This document shows positions 12,656-25,824 of a stretch of DNA of 64,000 nucleotides, piece after piece. Source of the DNA: Podarcis pityusensis (Eukaryota); the NCBI GenBank assembly GCA_964106645.2, contig OZ067038.1; one strand, given 5' to 3'. The number at the start of each line of letters is the position of its first letter. Positions within the stretch are counted from its first letter, which is position 1. Under the pieces are notes generated by a model. It was not told the DNA's origin, searched no databases, and saw nothing but the letters and a program-made list of their open reading frames with translations. The position numbers were made by a program, and so were the translations under genes.

Positions 12656-14966
12656 CTTCAGTGGAAAGGCAGGGCACAATTTTACTTAACTACATAAATG
12701 TGAATGATTTCTTATAACATTGCTTGAGCCTCCATCTTCCTCGCATGAAACCCTTCACTGACTTCAGTAAAAAAAGAAGAAAAAGAAATTAATTATTTGA
12801 TCTGTGCTTAACATGTCGCTAAGATCAGGTCAGCAACTACGTAAATAAGGTGAGCAGCTGCCTTGGAGCTTCTGCATATCAGCTGATTGTGCCAAGACCG
12901 TCTTGTGTTACTAGTTCTGCATGTGATCACTGCACACACAAGCACTCCTCATTTCCACATCATAATGCATCTTTAAAATGAGCTTGCGATTGTACGAATT
13001 GGCTGCAAACACATGTAGAGTGGCTGTGTTTGGACAAGCTTTGGGGACCTGCACACAACCTCTTTGCTCTTCCCTTTATGCAAGCAAGCAAACTAATCAA
13101 TAAGGTGCAGTTAAACATAGGTTGCCATTATGGCTGCGCTGGGAAACTATGGCTAATGGTTATGGCTTCCACACAAGCCAGAACAGGAAACCATGGTTTG
13201 AAGCTGATTTCAATATCTTGGCTTGATTGGAAGCCACTAATTCCCAGCTCAGAGGTATTTGATACTATGGTTAAGTATGGCTTCTTGGCTTGCATTGGCC
13301 CATACATGAAGGCAGGAGTGAAGCAGTTATCTGACCCTCATGTATCTCAGCTGTTTATTAAGCCAAGTTTGATTGCCTGAATGTGGCCACTGGTTAGAGG
13401 GCTTGTTGCATGATATGGCTTCCGTGGCTTCTGCTGGAGTGTGGGAATTCAGGATCTGCAGTGCCCTTATTAGGACGGAGCAGCCGCCACTGTCTGCGTG
13501 AACTGCCTCCAGGATTTTTAACAAAACCAGAAGAACTGGCCTGCATGAGGATTTTTTTTGGGGGGGGGGTGCCTTCAAGAGGGCTTTCCCAGACATACAG
13601 TTAAAGATTTTTCGGAAACTTTCTCTCTGCTCTTTCTCCAGCAGTTCCAAGGCTGCAACTATATAGGCCTCATTAGGCCTGTTCATATGACTATATTTTA
13701 AGAGGCTGCATTTTTTCCCATGTAGTTTGATACTTTTCACTGTAAATCTGTGTTTAGTTCCATTAACGGGCAGGTCAAAGCATAACACAGCCAACATGAT
13801 TTGAGCAGGTGTTTCTAGGATCCTGAGCCAATAGGAAATGCCTGGATCACTTTTTCCCATCCTCCCAGAAATAAACGCCAGCATGGTTTGGGTCCAGAAC
13901 TGCTGAACAATAGCAAAAGTTTGCAAAAGGCTGAAAGATGTGAAAGGATGGAGGAAATGGGATGAAATGAAAGACACAATGAATATTGACCTGAGTCAAA
14001 TTATTATTATGTCCAAACAGCAAAAATAAGAACTGAATCTTTATCCTCACCATAAATATAAAATGATTTTTTACTTTTACTTTTTTAAAAGAATTACTAG
14101 TGTGCAGAAACAACACATTACAGAACCTGTCTGAAACACATTACAGTACTATTGTTTATTGTTGTCTTCTCTGAAAATCTCTTTCTTTAAAAAGATTAAC
14201 AAATCAGTTTTTAATAGCAGCTGGCACTTATGGTACAGTTCAAAACAACATGTTAATATAATGAAAAGAAAACTAACAAAGAAAACTGCAATTAACACTT
14301 ATTAGTGCAAACATCTTTATGTTAAAATATGGAATGCACTGTTGACCATCTTCTCATAAAGGAGGTCAAAGATGCCTTGAATGAAGTCCGCAACTACGTG
14401 TTCTCTCTTTTTTCATCCACTCTACTCCCCTCCCCTCTGATTTGTCTCACTGTAATTTCTCTATAAAACGGTTTAGATATAATTTTGACTGAAAACATAG
14501 GGTAGAATCCCACAATGCCACCCACCAGTGGAATGGACTTGTGCTGGCGCAACGGGATTTTCCCAAGTTCTGTAGCCTTGCAAGCACCCTGAGAATCTGC
14601 ACAGGGTGTGTGTTGGAAAATCTTCAAGAGCGGAGTTGCTAAAGGTACAGGACTAGAAGTCACATTGTGGGAGCAGCTGTTGGTTGTCCACCACTGACTT
14701 GGGTCCTCACTTTTTGCTTTGAAAACAGGAGGACCTTTTCCATGAGCACAACTCTTTCCGTATGAAAGATCCTTCTGTTCACAGAGCAAAAAGTTGAATT
14801 TGAGACCGTAGGAAAAGACAGAATAGATGACTAAAACACGGAAAGAAAAGAATCATAAAAATATAAATGATATAAATTCACATTAAGATATAAATTGATA
14901 CCAAATTAGGCATCTGTTATAGCAACATGAATCATGAGAAAGGACCCATCATGATCAATAACAATG

Positions 14967-15217
14967 CAGTTGTACCTTGGTTTTCGAACAGCCTAGTTCT
15001 CGAACATTTTGGCTCCCGAATGATCGAAACCTGGAAGTGACTGTTCTAGTTTTCGAATGTTCTTTTGGAAGCCAAGCATCCAGCAGGGCTTCCATGGCTA
15101 CCGATTGGCTGCAGGAACTTCCTGCAGCCAATCTGAAGCTGTGCTTTGGAAGTCAATTGCTTTGGAAGTTGAACGGACTTCCAGAATGGATTCTGTTCGA
15201 CTTCGAAGGTACGACTG
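14967..15217. mobile_element. Tc1/mariner (Tigger-like) MITE
   Basis: TIRs CAGTTGTACCTT / AAGGTACGACTG followed by TA. Internally similar to 17019-17261. Confidence 0.85.
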
Positions 15218-15584
15218 TACTATAATTTCCATCTGAGCATTTTACAGAAATTCTTTCTGATTCCAGCATTTAAATATATGGCGTTCCTTTCTTTAAATAT
15301 CTTTTCCAACTCTTGCTCAGCAAATTTAAGTTTAACCTCTCAAATATGTAAAAATTGGTCTACACTGCTAACACCCTAGCATACATTTGGGGGAGTTGCC
15401 TATAATCACAATGAGTGGATGCACCAACTCTTTCATGGAACAACTTGCTGTCCACTTTTTACATCTAAAAGTCCACATAAAACTCAAAGTGAGTAAATAA
15501 GCGCACAAGGAGAATGAAAAGTTCAAAATAGTGAAAGCGGATAGCAAAAGACTGTGCCCAGTGACACCCGAACAACGTCTACAT

Positions 15585-15760
15585 TGTACCTCCACTGTCA
15601 GAGGCAGCATGCATCTGAAAACCCATGGCTGGGAATCACAAGGTTTTACTTTGGCACTCAGGTCCTGCTTGTGGGCTCCCCGTAGGCGTTTGGATGGGCA
15701 CATGGGAACACGATGAGCATTTGGTCTGAACTAGAAGAGTTCTTCTTATGTCTGTATGTT
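15585..15760 (+). mobile_element. Old CR1 3'UTR fragment
   Basis: CCTCCACTGTCAGAGGCAG...GTCCTGCTTGTGGGC...TTCTTATGT; resembles the reverse complement of 16750-16870. Confidence 0.6.
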
Positions 15761-16744
15761 CACGATCTGGAGTGGATGTGCTTCATTACTAAATTAAACA
15801 GATTCCCTGTCTTGTACCCTCAGGATAGTTTCACTATTTGAAATGATAAAAAATGTATTTATAAAACATCTAGAAAGGCTTCTGAAAAATAATTATCAGC
15901 TTATTCTTGGCTAGCAAATGATTGCCTGTTTTTATTTCTTTTTATAAAAAGTTGTATTGCCTCCAGAAACGCTCTGCTAGGGCTTTGGCAGACATTCAGG
16001 AGAAGGGAGTTCCAAAGCTGACACACACAAAGAGTGCCTGACTCATCAAGGGACTAACTCTTGGCACATTGTCCGGATTGCAATGGAACATAGGGAAGGA
16101 AGTGGTCATAGAGGTATGCAGAAGATGAAGAGCTGCCAAAAACGGACGGAGAAGTAAGTAGTGGCCGGAGAAACAGAACGTGAACTGTATCACCAAAGCC
16201 CAATGTGAAGGAGCTGAGGACAAGAATTACTACTTCTTTTATTACTAAGGCTGTTTGCACTGATTTAGCACCTAAAATTAGAACTTGAATAAGTTCCCAA
16301 CCTAAGCAATTAAACAACTAAAAGAAGGAAGAAGCAACAAAATAATTAATAAAAGAAGAAGAAAATGGGGAACAAAAGAGGCAGGAAGCTTAAAATGAAC
16401 ATGGTGGTTTATTTTTTCATTAACATATCATATCCTACCCTTCTTGCACCATGGAACAAAGGAGAGCCAGCTGTGTCCCACCTAGGCACTGAACAGACTC
16501 GGCCTTGCTTGACTTCAATAAGGGGACCACATCATATGCCCTTGTCCTGTTCATTTGTATCAAAGAGGGACAGTGAGTGGTGATTGGAACCTCCCTTACA
16601 AGGTCATGGAAAGTGCCATCTTGTACCCTTCATGTTCAACTTTTTCTTTTATAAATCTGTATTCTGCAATAGATTAGATCACATGAAAATAATTTAAAAC
16701 TGGAAGGAGAAGGAGGAGGAGGAGGAGGAGGAGGAGGAGGATCA

Positions 16745-17345
16745 TACTCTGCTGGATCATACCAAGTGCCCTGTGTCCAACCAAATGGCCACAAGCAGGA
16801 CAACATAAGCACAACAACATCCTCCCCACTTGCTGCCCCCACTGCTGGAGACATTCCGCAGCCTTCATGGCTGGTAGTCATTGCTAGCATTATCCTCCAT
16901 GAATTTGTCTACAATCCTTTTAAAGCTGTCCAAGTTGGTGGTTATCACAAAATCTTCTGCTAGTGAATTCCATCGTTTAACTATGCACGTTGTAAAGATG
17001 CACTTACTTTTGTCTGTGCAGTGGTACCTTTGGTTGTTGAATGGCTTGGCTCTCGAACAAATCTGCTCCCGAACGCTGCAAACCCAGAAATACGTGTTCC
17101 AGTTTGCGAATGTTTTTGGGAAGTTGAAAGTCTGATGCAGCTTCTGACTGAGTGCAGGAAGCTCCTGCAGCCAATCGGAAGCTGCGCCTCGGTTTTTGAA
17201 GGGTTCCAGGAGTCGAATGGACTCCCAGAACGGATTAAGTTTGACAACCAAGGTACCACTGTACTGAATTATCCCACCTTTGGCTTTGTTGAATGGCCCT
17301 GGGTTCTAGTATTTTGACAGAGATAGAACTTCCTCCACACCACTT
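16745..17345 (-). mobile_element. Old CR1 3' fragment interrupted by a Tigger-like MITE
   Basis: Minus strand IVKRWNSLAEDFVITTNLDSFKRIVDKFM matches the CR1 ORF2 C-terminus. CR1-like sequence resumes after 17263. (GGA)n lies adjacent at 16705-16741. Confidence 0.8.
17019..17261. mobile_element. Tc1/mariner (Tigger-like) MITE
   Basis: TIRs CAGTGGTACCTT / AAGGTACCACTG with TA on the right. Confidence 0.9.
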
Positions 17346-19460
17346 CATCTATAAGCGTGGTCTTTAAGGCAAAAGATGAAGGCAAAACTGCAAAAGAAAT
17401 CATCTGTATTTTTTCATTGTCTCCCTGATAGCAACACATTCTGAATGGCCATAGATGTTTCCATAGGATAAAACAATCAATCTAAATAATCTTCTGTTTG
17501 CTGAATTGATTGCCCAACTTCTCAATTCATCTTTTTTTAAAAGTCTCACGTTATGTACAGAGCAAATGAAACTGTTCAGCCCATTAATTATAAAGTTCCA
17601 AATGAAATGTTCCATTTATTTCCCCCATGGAAAGACCTGATTATTTTAAAAGTTCTGAGAGCACTATGTAGCATTCCTCCTTGTCTGGGCATTGTAACAG
17701 AGCTCATTTTTCAGCGGAGGCTCCCCATTATTTGTAGGAAAATTGTGGTCAAACCCATGTACTCCCAAGCCTTTTGATCTCCTGAATCCTCTTCATATCC
17801 TAGATTTTTTTTTTTAAAAAAGTCAGTGATTAAGACAAAGTTCTTTAAAGAATGCATAGTCAGGCTTCTGTTTGACCAAAATGGTTTCCCAGTGAATCAA
17901 ACCTTTCTCTGCTCGGGGGGGGGGGGGGGTGTGTGTTCCACAATAGGCCCTGAAAAGATGGATAGAGCAATTGTCCTGTTTAGTGATCCACGAAAGGAAA
18001 GGAGTCCTTAGTGAAGGGAGACCTTACACTAAATCTGACCTGACACTTTAGGAGTAAGACAATAAAAGGTCAAGGGGACTAACGAGAGGAAAAATTCAAA
18101 CAATAGGTGCCACAGCTAGCACACAGCTCCTGCCACACAGACTATGGGGCGGCCGCGTTAACTGCCTCAGACATGTGAAGGGTAAGTGAAGCGGAAAGAA
18201 CTTGAAGTTTCCTTCTTAAGAATTGTGGCCCAGATTTTTCACAACTTACCCAGGCCTCCCAAAGAGGTCAAAGTGACAGTTAGGTCTGAGGAGAATTTTT
18301 TTTCTCAAAGGGGGAAAATATATGAAATTATCTAATGTGGGTGGAAATGAGAAATGTAGATGATGTAGAGACTTGAATTATTCTTATCATTTATTAAAGA
18401 CTGGACCTGAGATCTGACAGGACATTAGGATAACCTCAGGGAGAAAAAAGCCAGTAGGAAATTGTGGAAGAGAAACTGTGTGGATGTGGAATTTGTGCAT
18501 CTTCAGGTGCCACTTTTTTAAAAAAACAAGTCGCTTGGCTCTCTTTTGTTTGAACCAGCGAGAATTCAGTAGTGAGAACTTCCTGCAAGCATTTGGCAAT
18601 TGTGTCTTTCTTAGTGTGAATGAGTTCTTGTTCTTGTGATCTGCCTGGAGACAAAAGGAGGAATTTTTGTGGCTCCTGCGTATATCTCTGTTGTCAATCG
18701 CATCTCCATTATCACTTCTTTGTAACAAGGCCCTGCCCTTGTTAAAATGAGCAGCCTTCTTCTTGGCCAAGTTGGGCAGAGGCTCTAATTACTTACTTTG
18801 GTGTGTATGCACCATCCGGCCAATCTTTAGAGATGCTAACAGCTACCCACTGCTTGTCAATAATAAGATTCTTCATCCAAGGGCCTCAGGAAGCAAACCT
18901 TTTCCTTTTAAAAAAAATATAACTAGGAAATGTTTGTGCCACTGAAATGACATTCTTCCACTTCTAGGTTCTTCATTCTCCTGACAGCCCACAGGCATTG
19001 CCATTTGTAAGAAGAGTATCGTTTCCAGGTTGTAAATGGTTGTACTTAAGAGATTTTACTAATTTTTCTAACCACTGACCGTTCCTGAAAGCCCGGTGTA
19101 ATACAGATAGCAGGATATCTTAGATAAGGAATGCTGGCCAAGAAAATGGAGTTGATGTTGTTAAAGCATGACAGGCATTTTATAATGAACAAAGGATCTG
19201 GCTATAAAGTTAGAGGGCCTAGACTCATAATTCTACTGTTGGTAGTTAAGCCGTAGACAACATTTGGCTAGGTTGAAGCATGTGGTGTCTGCAATATCTG
19301 CGTATAGCTTTCTTTTTCAGGAAAAGAAAGAGAAAATAAAAAACTTGTAATAACAAATCTAGATCTGGATACTAAATCTAGGTATGGGCATACTAAATCC
19401 AGATTAGAAACTGTGATATCAGTGGCTTGAGGAGCTGGGGGTTTAAGTGTGGTAAGTAGA

Positions 19461-19619
19461 AGGTAAAGGTAAAGGTAAAGGGACCACTGACCGTTAGGTC
19501 CAGTCGCAGACAACTCTGGGGTTGCGGCACTCATCTCACTTTATTGGCTGAGGGAGCCGGCGTACAGCTTCCGGGTCATGTGGCTGGCATGACTAAGCCA
19601 CTTCTGGTGAACCAGAGCA
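19461..19619 (-). mobile_element. Sauria SINE, 5'-truncated
   Basis: (AGGTAA)n is the reverse complement of the (TTACCT)n tail. The body is the reverse complement of the SINEs at 48770 and 59903. Confidence 0.92.
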
Positions 19620-20203
19620 TGAAGAGTGGTGTTGTTGTGTACCATGCCTATAAAATACAGAGAAGAGCAAATTGTCTTCTCTGTAGGAGGCCATAGCTCA
19701 GTGTTAGAGAACTTTTAATGCAGAAGACCCCAGATTTATTCCCTGGTATCTCGAGATGTAGTTGCAAATTTAGAAACAATTACTGTAACTTAAATAGAAA
19801 TACAATCCATCTCACCATCAAATGGGGTAGGGGAACAGAATGTGTCCAGGTCACTTGTATGTTGGCTGCTCAGTTTGCTGTTCAGGTTCCAACTGTTGAT
19901 GGTCAACTTCAAGGCCTCTGCTCTCTCTTCTTAAGGTTCTTCAACCACATCTAACACTGCAGCTCCACTTATATAACAGACTTCTGTGCAGACAATGGGA
20001 CATCTTCCTCTCCTGTCCACTCCAGCCTTCTGTGTGCAGAGGAGAAGAAACATAAGTTCACTCTGTGGATGTAACCCTGCTTGCTCAGCTTCAGATACAA
20101 AGCATTATGTTTTAATTGGACTTAGATCAAACAGCTCTTCAAAGAGAGGATGGTCCTCTGTAAAGTGGGACACTTATTCATCCACACAACAAATATGCCC
20201 TAA

Positions 20204-20337
20204 GCAGCCTTTCTCAACCTTGGGTCCTGAGGTGTTAGACTACAACTCCCATCATTCCTAGCCAGTATGGCCAGTGAACAGGGATGATGGGAGCTGTAGT
20301 TCAAGAACATCTCGGGAACCAAAGTTGAGAAAGGCTA
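20204..20337. mobile_element. hAT-type MITE (ACTACAACTCCCA family; further copies near 7370, 29200, 33355, 36129, 55905 and 61620)
   Basis: AGCCTTTCTCAAC ... GTTGAGAAAGGCT inverted ends around a palindromic core shared with 3405-3544. Confidence 0.8.
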
Positions 20338-22761
20338 TAACTGGGGGGGCATCTATCTAATTTTTCTGGAACATACAAGTAATATTACCTCTTTCTCACC
20401 ATCTCATGTGCATCAACTCCTCCAAAACAATAGAATATGTTCACGATGACAAGCAAATCCATAGATATTGCAGAGAAACAAATTGTCATTTAATAACAGG
20501 CAATTTAATATACCATCACGACAGGAGGCAAAGTGCAGTGCTGTGTGAATTACCAGTACTTCATATGAAGCATCCCAACCAACGCATGCTGACCGCAAGG
20601 CTGCAGTCAACATCTGGTTAGCTAACACAGTTTCTAAAAACATGCTTAAACACATCCACATTCCAAAGCAAAGAACTCTCCAAAAGGAGTAGAAAACCCA
20701 AGGTAATTTGGAATCTGAATTTCTTACATGCCTTTTGCACAAGATCAGATGTGGCCTTTTATGAGATAATGCTGTTTATTTTAGTGTGCGTGTTTGTCTG
20801 CGTGCCTGCATTTGTGTTTATCATTCACCACTTCTTAATACTAGCTTTTTAAAGGCCAATTTATATAATCAGCCAAATCAAGTGGTAAAACTTTTCTGGA
20901 CTGTACCTTTTCAAACTTGCAGGTGAAAGTTTGCAGGTTGAAAAACTCCCCCGGGAAAAGTTTGCTTGCACATGGAGAAGTACATCATGTCAGGGAAAAG
21001 GCTAGGCTGAACCTTTCTTTTTAACATGATGGCTTCGTAGGTCAGCAGCTATAAGGAAGCAAGAATGATCTGCTGTTTGCAGTGATGCAGTCTAGAAATA
21101 GTTTTAACACCAATAACAATAAGGATATTACCTGGTCCTTAGATGTTTTGGACATAACACAAATGCTACCCAATGAATTGTGGGGCCTAAGTCAAGTCTT
21201 AGCTGTATTGATCATGTCTCCTCCACTAAGTTACATACATATATATCTTGCTGGTACACACACATAGACGGTCTCATCCACAATTTTGAGGATGGCTTAG
21301 ATTTCTGATCATAAATGCACTTGCATTCGAGGAGGTAGAGCATGTGCTCTGCATGCAAAAAAAGGTCAAGATTCAGACCCTGGGTTCTCCAGGTATAGCT
21401 AGGAAAGACTCTTGTCTGAAACCTAGAAAGCTAATGTCAGTTGTCATAAAGGATACTGAAATAGATGGACCACTTGTCTGGCTTGGGCTATAGAAACTTC
21501 CTCTATTCATACCGTAGGTTTAACTGAAAGCAAGCTAAGCAACCCTAAATTGTACAATCATAATAACCATACCAAGTAAATGTGATTAGGATTGGCCATT
21601 AAAGGATATATTTTTATTTGTCAAATCTCAACCAAATGGATGTCAGCAACAGACTAAAAGCCCTCTTTGAAGATGGGGGTGCATAGTAAAGAGATTTATT
21701 TCCTCCCACCCCAATCTCTTTTTGGATTGTCAAATTAATTTAACACTGATTTGACAATCAGCCGGGGGTTGCTCTTTTTTGATAACTTATCAATAAGCAG
21801 AACATTTAAGAACATGAAAACCTTTAACAAGGATTGATAGGAAATCATTGATTCATGGAAGAAGCCTCAGTTAACTGAAGATTAATTAAACACTCTTAAA
21901 GGGATGAGCAGAAGCTGAGAGATGAGAGAAGACTGAATTTTGCCTGGAGCAGAATTGCTATTGGATCTAGTGATTTGGATGAGACTGATAAGAACATCTC
22001 AGGCATCTGCTTTGAGTAAAAGGAGCCCCTCTGAGAAATGCATGGTGTTTTGTTTTGTTTTTTTTAAAAAGGTCAACAATATGTTTAAAAGATAATGGCC
22101 AATATAAAGTTTCATGGCCAAGACATATTTTATCCAGGCATATCTTTTGCCTGCACTAAACACATGCCAGTCGAATTTTAACTTTTCAGTCCATTTTTAG
22201 GGTCTGCATCATGTTTGCTTGCACAATGGAATCACTTACCGTATATTGAGCCGGGGCAGGACACATGAGGTTAGTGAACAACTTCACTTGTACTTGTTGA
22301 CCTTAATATCTTATTTATATGTTTCCAAACAATACTGTAAAGTGTGTGTCCGATTCCAAGGGAAAGAAGGCTAACAGAAGGCAAGCATCCAAGTTCATGA
22401 CAAAACAGCTGACTTCCAAGCCCAAATGACAGACACAGAGGACCAAACCAAAACAGAGCAGAGTTCTCCACTGTCACCCAAAAGGAAAATGGTACTGAAA
22501 CATTTATAAAAGTATCTATATATTGTCAACCTGGAATATAAAAAGGCATCGTTTTCCATTCCACTCCGTATTTATCGCATGCAGCACAGTTTCTTTTCTG
22601 CTGCACTTCATCTTCTGCCAAAATCAGTGTTATTTGTTTCACTGTCCACTATGACAAAATTATGTAGTTTATGTAAGTGCTTAGGACTGCAGCTTTAGTG
22701 GGATATATTTGTGAAGCAGCAGGAGAGAGAGAGCCCACCTGAGCCCTAAGCACATCAGATC

Positions 22762-22889
22762 AATAGCTCAGTCAGTAGAGCCTGAGACTCTTAATCTCAG
22801 GGTTGTGGGTTTGAGCCCCAAGTTGGGCACTGCAGGAGATTGGACTAGATGACCCTTCTAGCCTCTTCCAACTACACAGTTCTACGATT
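22762..22889 (+). mobile_element. tRNA-Lys-like SINE with CR1-derived tail
   Basis: Head TAGCTCAGTCAGTAGAGC..GACTCTTAATCTCAGGGTTGTGGGTTTGAGCCCC resembles tRNA-Lys(CTT). Tail TTGGACTAGATGACC...CTTCCAACT...TTCTACGATT resembles the CR1 3' end. Confidence 0.8.
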
Positions 22890-23522
22890 AATGTAAGTTC
22901 AGTGGGATTTACTCCCAAGTAAGCGTACCTACAGCTGCAGGCTTCAGGGCTTTCACTAGTTAGCATACTCCTTGATTCTGAAAAGTTTTCTGATCGTTTC
23001 TGAATGATTTGCATTAATAAGGATGATTTCGTGAAGTAGTGATCTGTAGTTGTAAGAAGCAGTATGATTGATACAGTGATTACACTGAGATGTTTTCCTA
23101 TAATCTTCTGTATTAAACAAATGCAAATATGCAGGCCAGCTGCTCCCAGCCCACTATAACATATTTACAAAGTAAGATCAAGAGGGATAGCATTTTAGAG
23201 GGGAATGTGCACGTCTTATGAATTCCAGTGGTTTTTGCTTCTTTCTGCCAAAGTGGTGCAATGGAATGGATGGGAAAGGTCTGGGAGGGCAAATGGGCAA
23301 CACTAAGGCAGGGGCTCTGTGGCTGTATAGACACTCCATGTTTTCCAGCCAGGCAAAAACCACATTCCAAGCAAGGATACATTGCAGGCTGGCAAAAGGA
23401 GGGCATGAGGCAAGGCTGGTGAGAAGAAGGGGCCTGATAGGATTGCCATATTTCAAAAAGTAAAAACCAACACACCCCCAAATTGTTGAGCTTTTTAAAG
23501 GAAAACCCCAATGTTGTTTGTG

Positions 23523-24274
23523 TGTTCAGACCTTTAAACCTCCCCCTTAAATAAATTCAGACAGGCTCAAATCTTGGTTTGGTTTTTGGCAGAACTTAGG
23601 CCACAACTTTATTGATTATAGAAAGTAACTGGTTGCATAGGCTCTGGTTCGACTAGCTCCCTGCACCGTTGCAGGTAGCGCTGACCCAGGGCACCAGCAT
23701 AGGTCAGCCTAGGGTGAATACCTGGATAAGTGGAGAGCCAGGAACAGGCTATCTCCACCACCCAAATGCCCCCCTGTACTCAGGCACGGGCACAACCCCC
23801 TCTCAGGGGTTGACCAAACCATCGAGTCCCTGGATTCCTAATGGAATACCCTTCACATAGGAATGGTGAGAGCGTTCTCCCATCCCTATCACCTGAACCA
23901 GAGCCTAGCTGCAACCTTACAAGTTGTGATTTGCTACGTGGCAGGCCAAACCCAAATGGCACCAGCCAATCAGCCAAGTGGGGAAAATTCCTGCTGTGTC
24001 CCTGTCCCAACAACAGATGACACATGATGGCATAGCAAGGTCAAGCACACAAGCCCTAAAAGTAGGGAGAGGTGGACGGGTGTTCCGATGCACGCACCGA
24101 AAGAGGAAGCTCTGAGTCATGTGCATAAGTATATATATGTCCCTTGATCTGTTTAGCCTGCGTCCCATTGGCCTGATTAAACCCTGCATCAAGGGACCTA
24201 CCAATTGGATGTTGCGGCTATCCAATTTTACCCACCCACAACACAGGGTTTGGTTGCCAGGTCTCGCCGCAACA
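23523..24274 (-). mobile_element. Solo LTR (752 bp)
   Basis: TGTT...AACA termini, 4-bp TSD TGTG/CGTG, minus-strand AATAAA near 23610 and TATATA near 24135. Confidence 0.75.
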
Positions 24275-24387
24275 CGTGCCTTCTTTAAGGGAGGACCAGA
24301 TTTAGCATTTTTCTATAAAAACGCTGCCAAAATGCGATTTTTCGATTGACTTGCCTAAGATCCAGGATTCCGCCTTTTGGAAATTCC

Positions 24388-24621
24388 GTCCAGACGTCAG
24401 TGTGGTGTAGTGGTTAAGAGTGGTGGACTCGTAATCTGGTGAACCAGGTTTGGGTCTCTGCTCCTCCACATGCAGCTGCTGGGCCAGTCACACTTCTCTC
24501 AGCCCCACTCACCTCACAGAGTGTTTGTTGTGGGGGAGGAAGAGAAAGGAGAATGTTAGCCGCTTTGAGACTCCTTCGGGTAGTGATAAAGTAGGATATC
24601 AAATCCAAACTCTTCTTCTTC
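24388..24621 (+). mobile_element. tRNA-derived MIR-like squamate SINE with (CTT)n tail
   Basis: A-box TGGTGTAGTGG, L2-type 3' end GCCGCTTTGAGACTCC, and flanking AATTCC repeats. Confidence 0.85.
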
Positions 24622-24838
24622 AATTCCACCTTTGAAATCCTGGTAATGTCTGGGAAAATCCAGACGTATGGCAGCCCTAGGCCCAGAAAGAGAAATGAGG
24701 GCCACAGAGAGAGAGATTTGGAGGGTTGTGTTTGGCTCCTGGGTTTGAGGCTCACCCCCATCTGCTGTATGATTGTCTGTTAGCTATAATAGACCACATT
24801 AGAGCTGTATTAGGTATATTAAACCATACAAGACTATA

Positions 24839-25086
24839 CAGTGGTACCTCGGGTTAAGTACTTAATTTGTTCCGGAGGTCCGTTCTTAACCTGAAACTGA
24901 AACTGTTCTTAACCTGAAGCACCACTTTAGCTAATGGGGCCTCCTACTGCTGCTGCGCCGCCGGAGCACAATTTCTGTTCTCATCCTGAAGCAAAGTTCT
25001 TAACCCAAGGAACTATTTCTGAGTTAGTGGAGTCTGTAACCTGAAGTGTATGCAACCTGAAGGGTATGTAACTCAAGGTACCACTG
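24839..25086. mobile_element. Tc1/mariner (Tigger-like) MITE
   Basis: TA-CAGTGGTACCT ... AGGTACCACTG-TA. Confidence 0.93.
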
Positions 25087-25824
25087 TAATAGATGTTAGC
25101 TATGTTAGACCCCTCCCCTCCCCCAAAACAACTGCCTATGGCAGCTCTCTGTACTTTGAAAAACTATAGAAAAGGTCCGTCAAAAATGTGTCCCATGGTT
25201 GCACACCAACCATGCATTTCAGCCTCATGCATGTGATGGGATTAGCTTTGAAACAAATGTTCCATTTATGAATAACATTACCCAGTTCTGAAACCCCTTG
25301 GTAGACTTTGTAAGATTCATATTTGGCCCCTTTGAGGGCTTTTGGCCATTCACTCCTTTTATCTAGTTTGTTTGGCCACATTGTTTGGTAAATGCCTGTG
25401 GTAATTTTGCTTGCAAAATCATAGAGGACCTTTGTTTCTGGAATCAACCTAGCTCAAGAAGCTGGGCATGGCAGCTATTAACGTCACCAGAAACACTATT
25501 AACTATGAGCGTTCTGTTGAGCCCAAAGTGATACCTATCTTTTTAAGCTAACTTATGGGAAATGGACCGTTTGTAAAACTTCAGCTGCGATATATCATAT
25601 ACAGCATGTTTCCCCCTTTCCCATAGCAAAGTGTAGAGTGCATGACGTCTGCTATTAAAAACTAGAGAAACCATAGACTTTCTAAGTATGGAAGAAATCT
25701 ATACAGTACTTAGTGGAATACAAGTAACATGGCATGTCTGCAGAATATGTGCAACCTGATTCCTCAAGCCTTTGGCATTTTTCTCCAATATCAGTAATTT
25801 TAAGTTTGGAACCTCCTACATTAG

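Larger units (their letters stand above)
23438..24679. mobile_element. hAT MITE (TAGGGTTGCCA-type TIR) hosting a solo LTR and a SINE
   Basis: Ends TAGGATTGCCA / TGGCAGCCCTA with degenerate 8-bp TSD GGGCCTGA/GGCCCAGA. Internal TTGACTTGCCTAAGATCCAGGA is shared, inverted, with 42527-42701. Confidence 0.8.

Noticed and set aside
22762-22830. tRNA-Lys gene
   Set aside because: Degenerate stems and direct fusion to a CR1-type tail indicate a SINE head.
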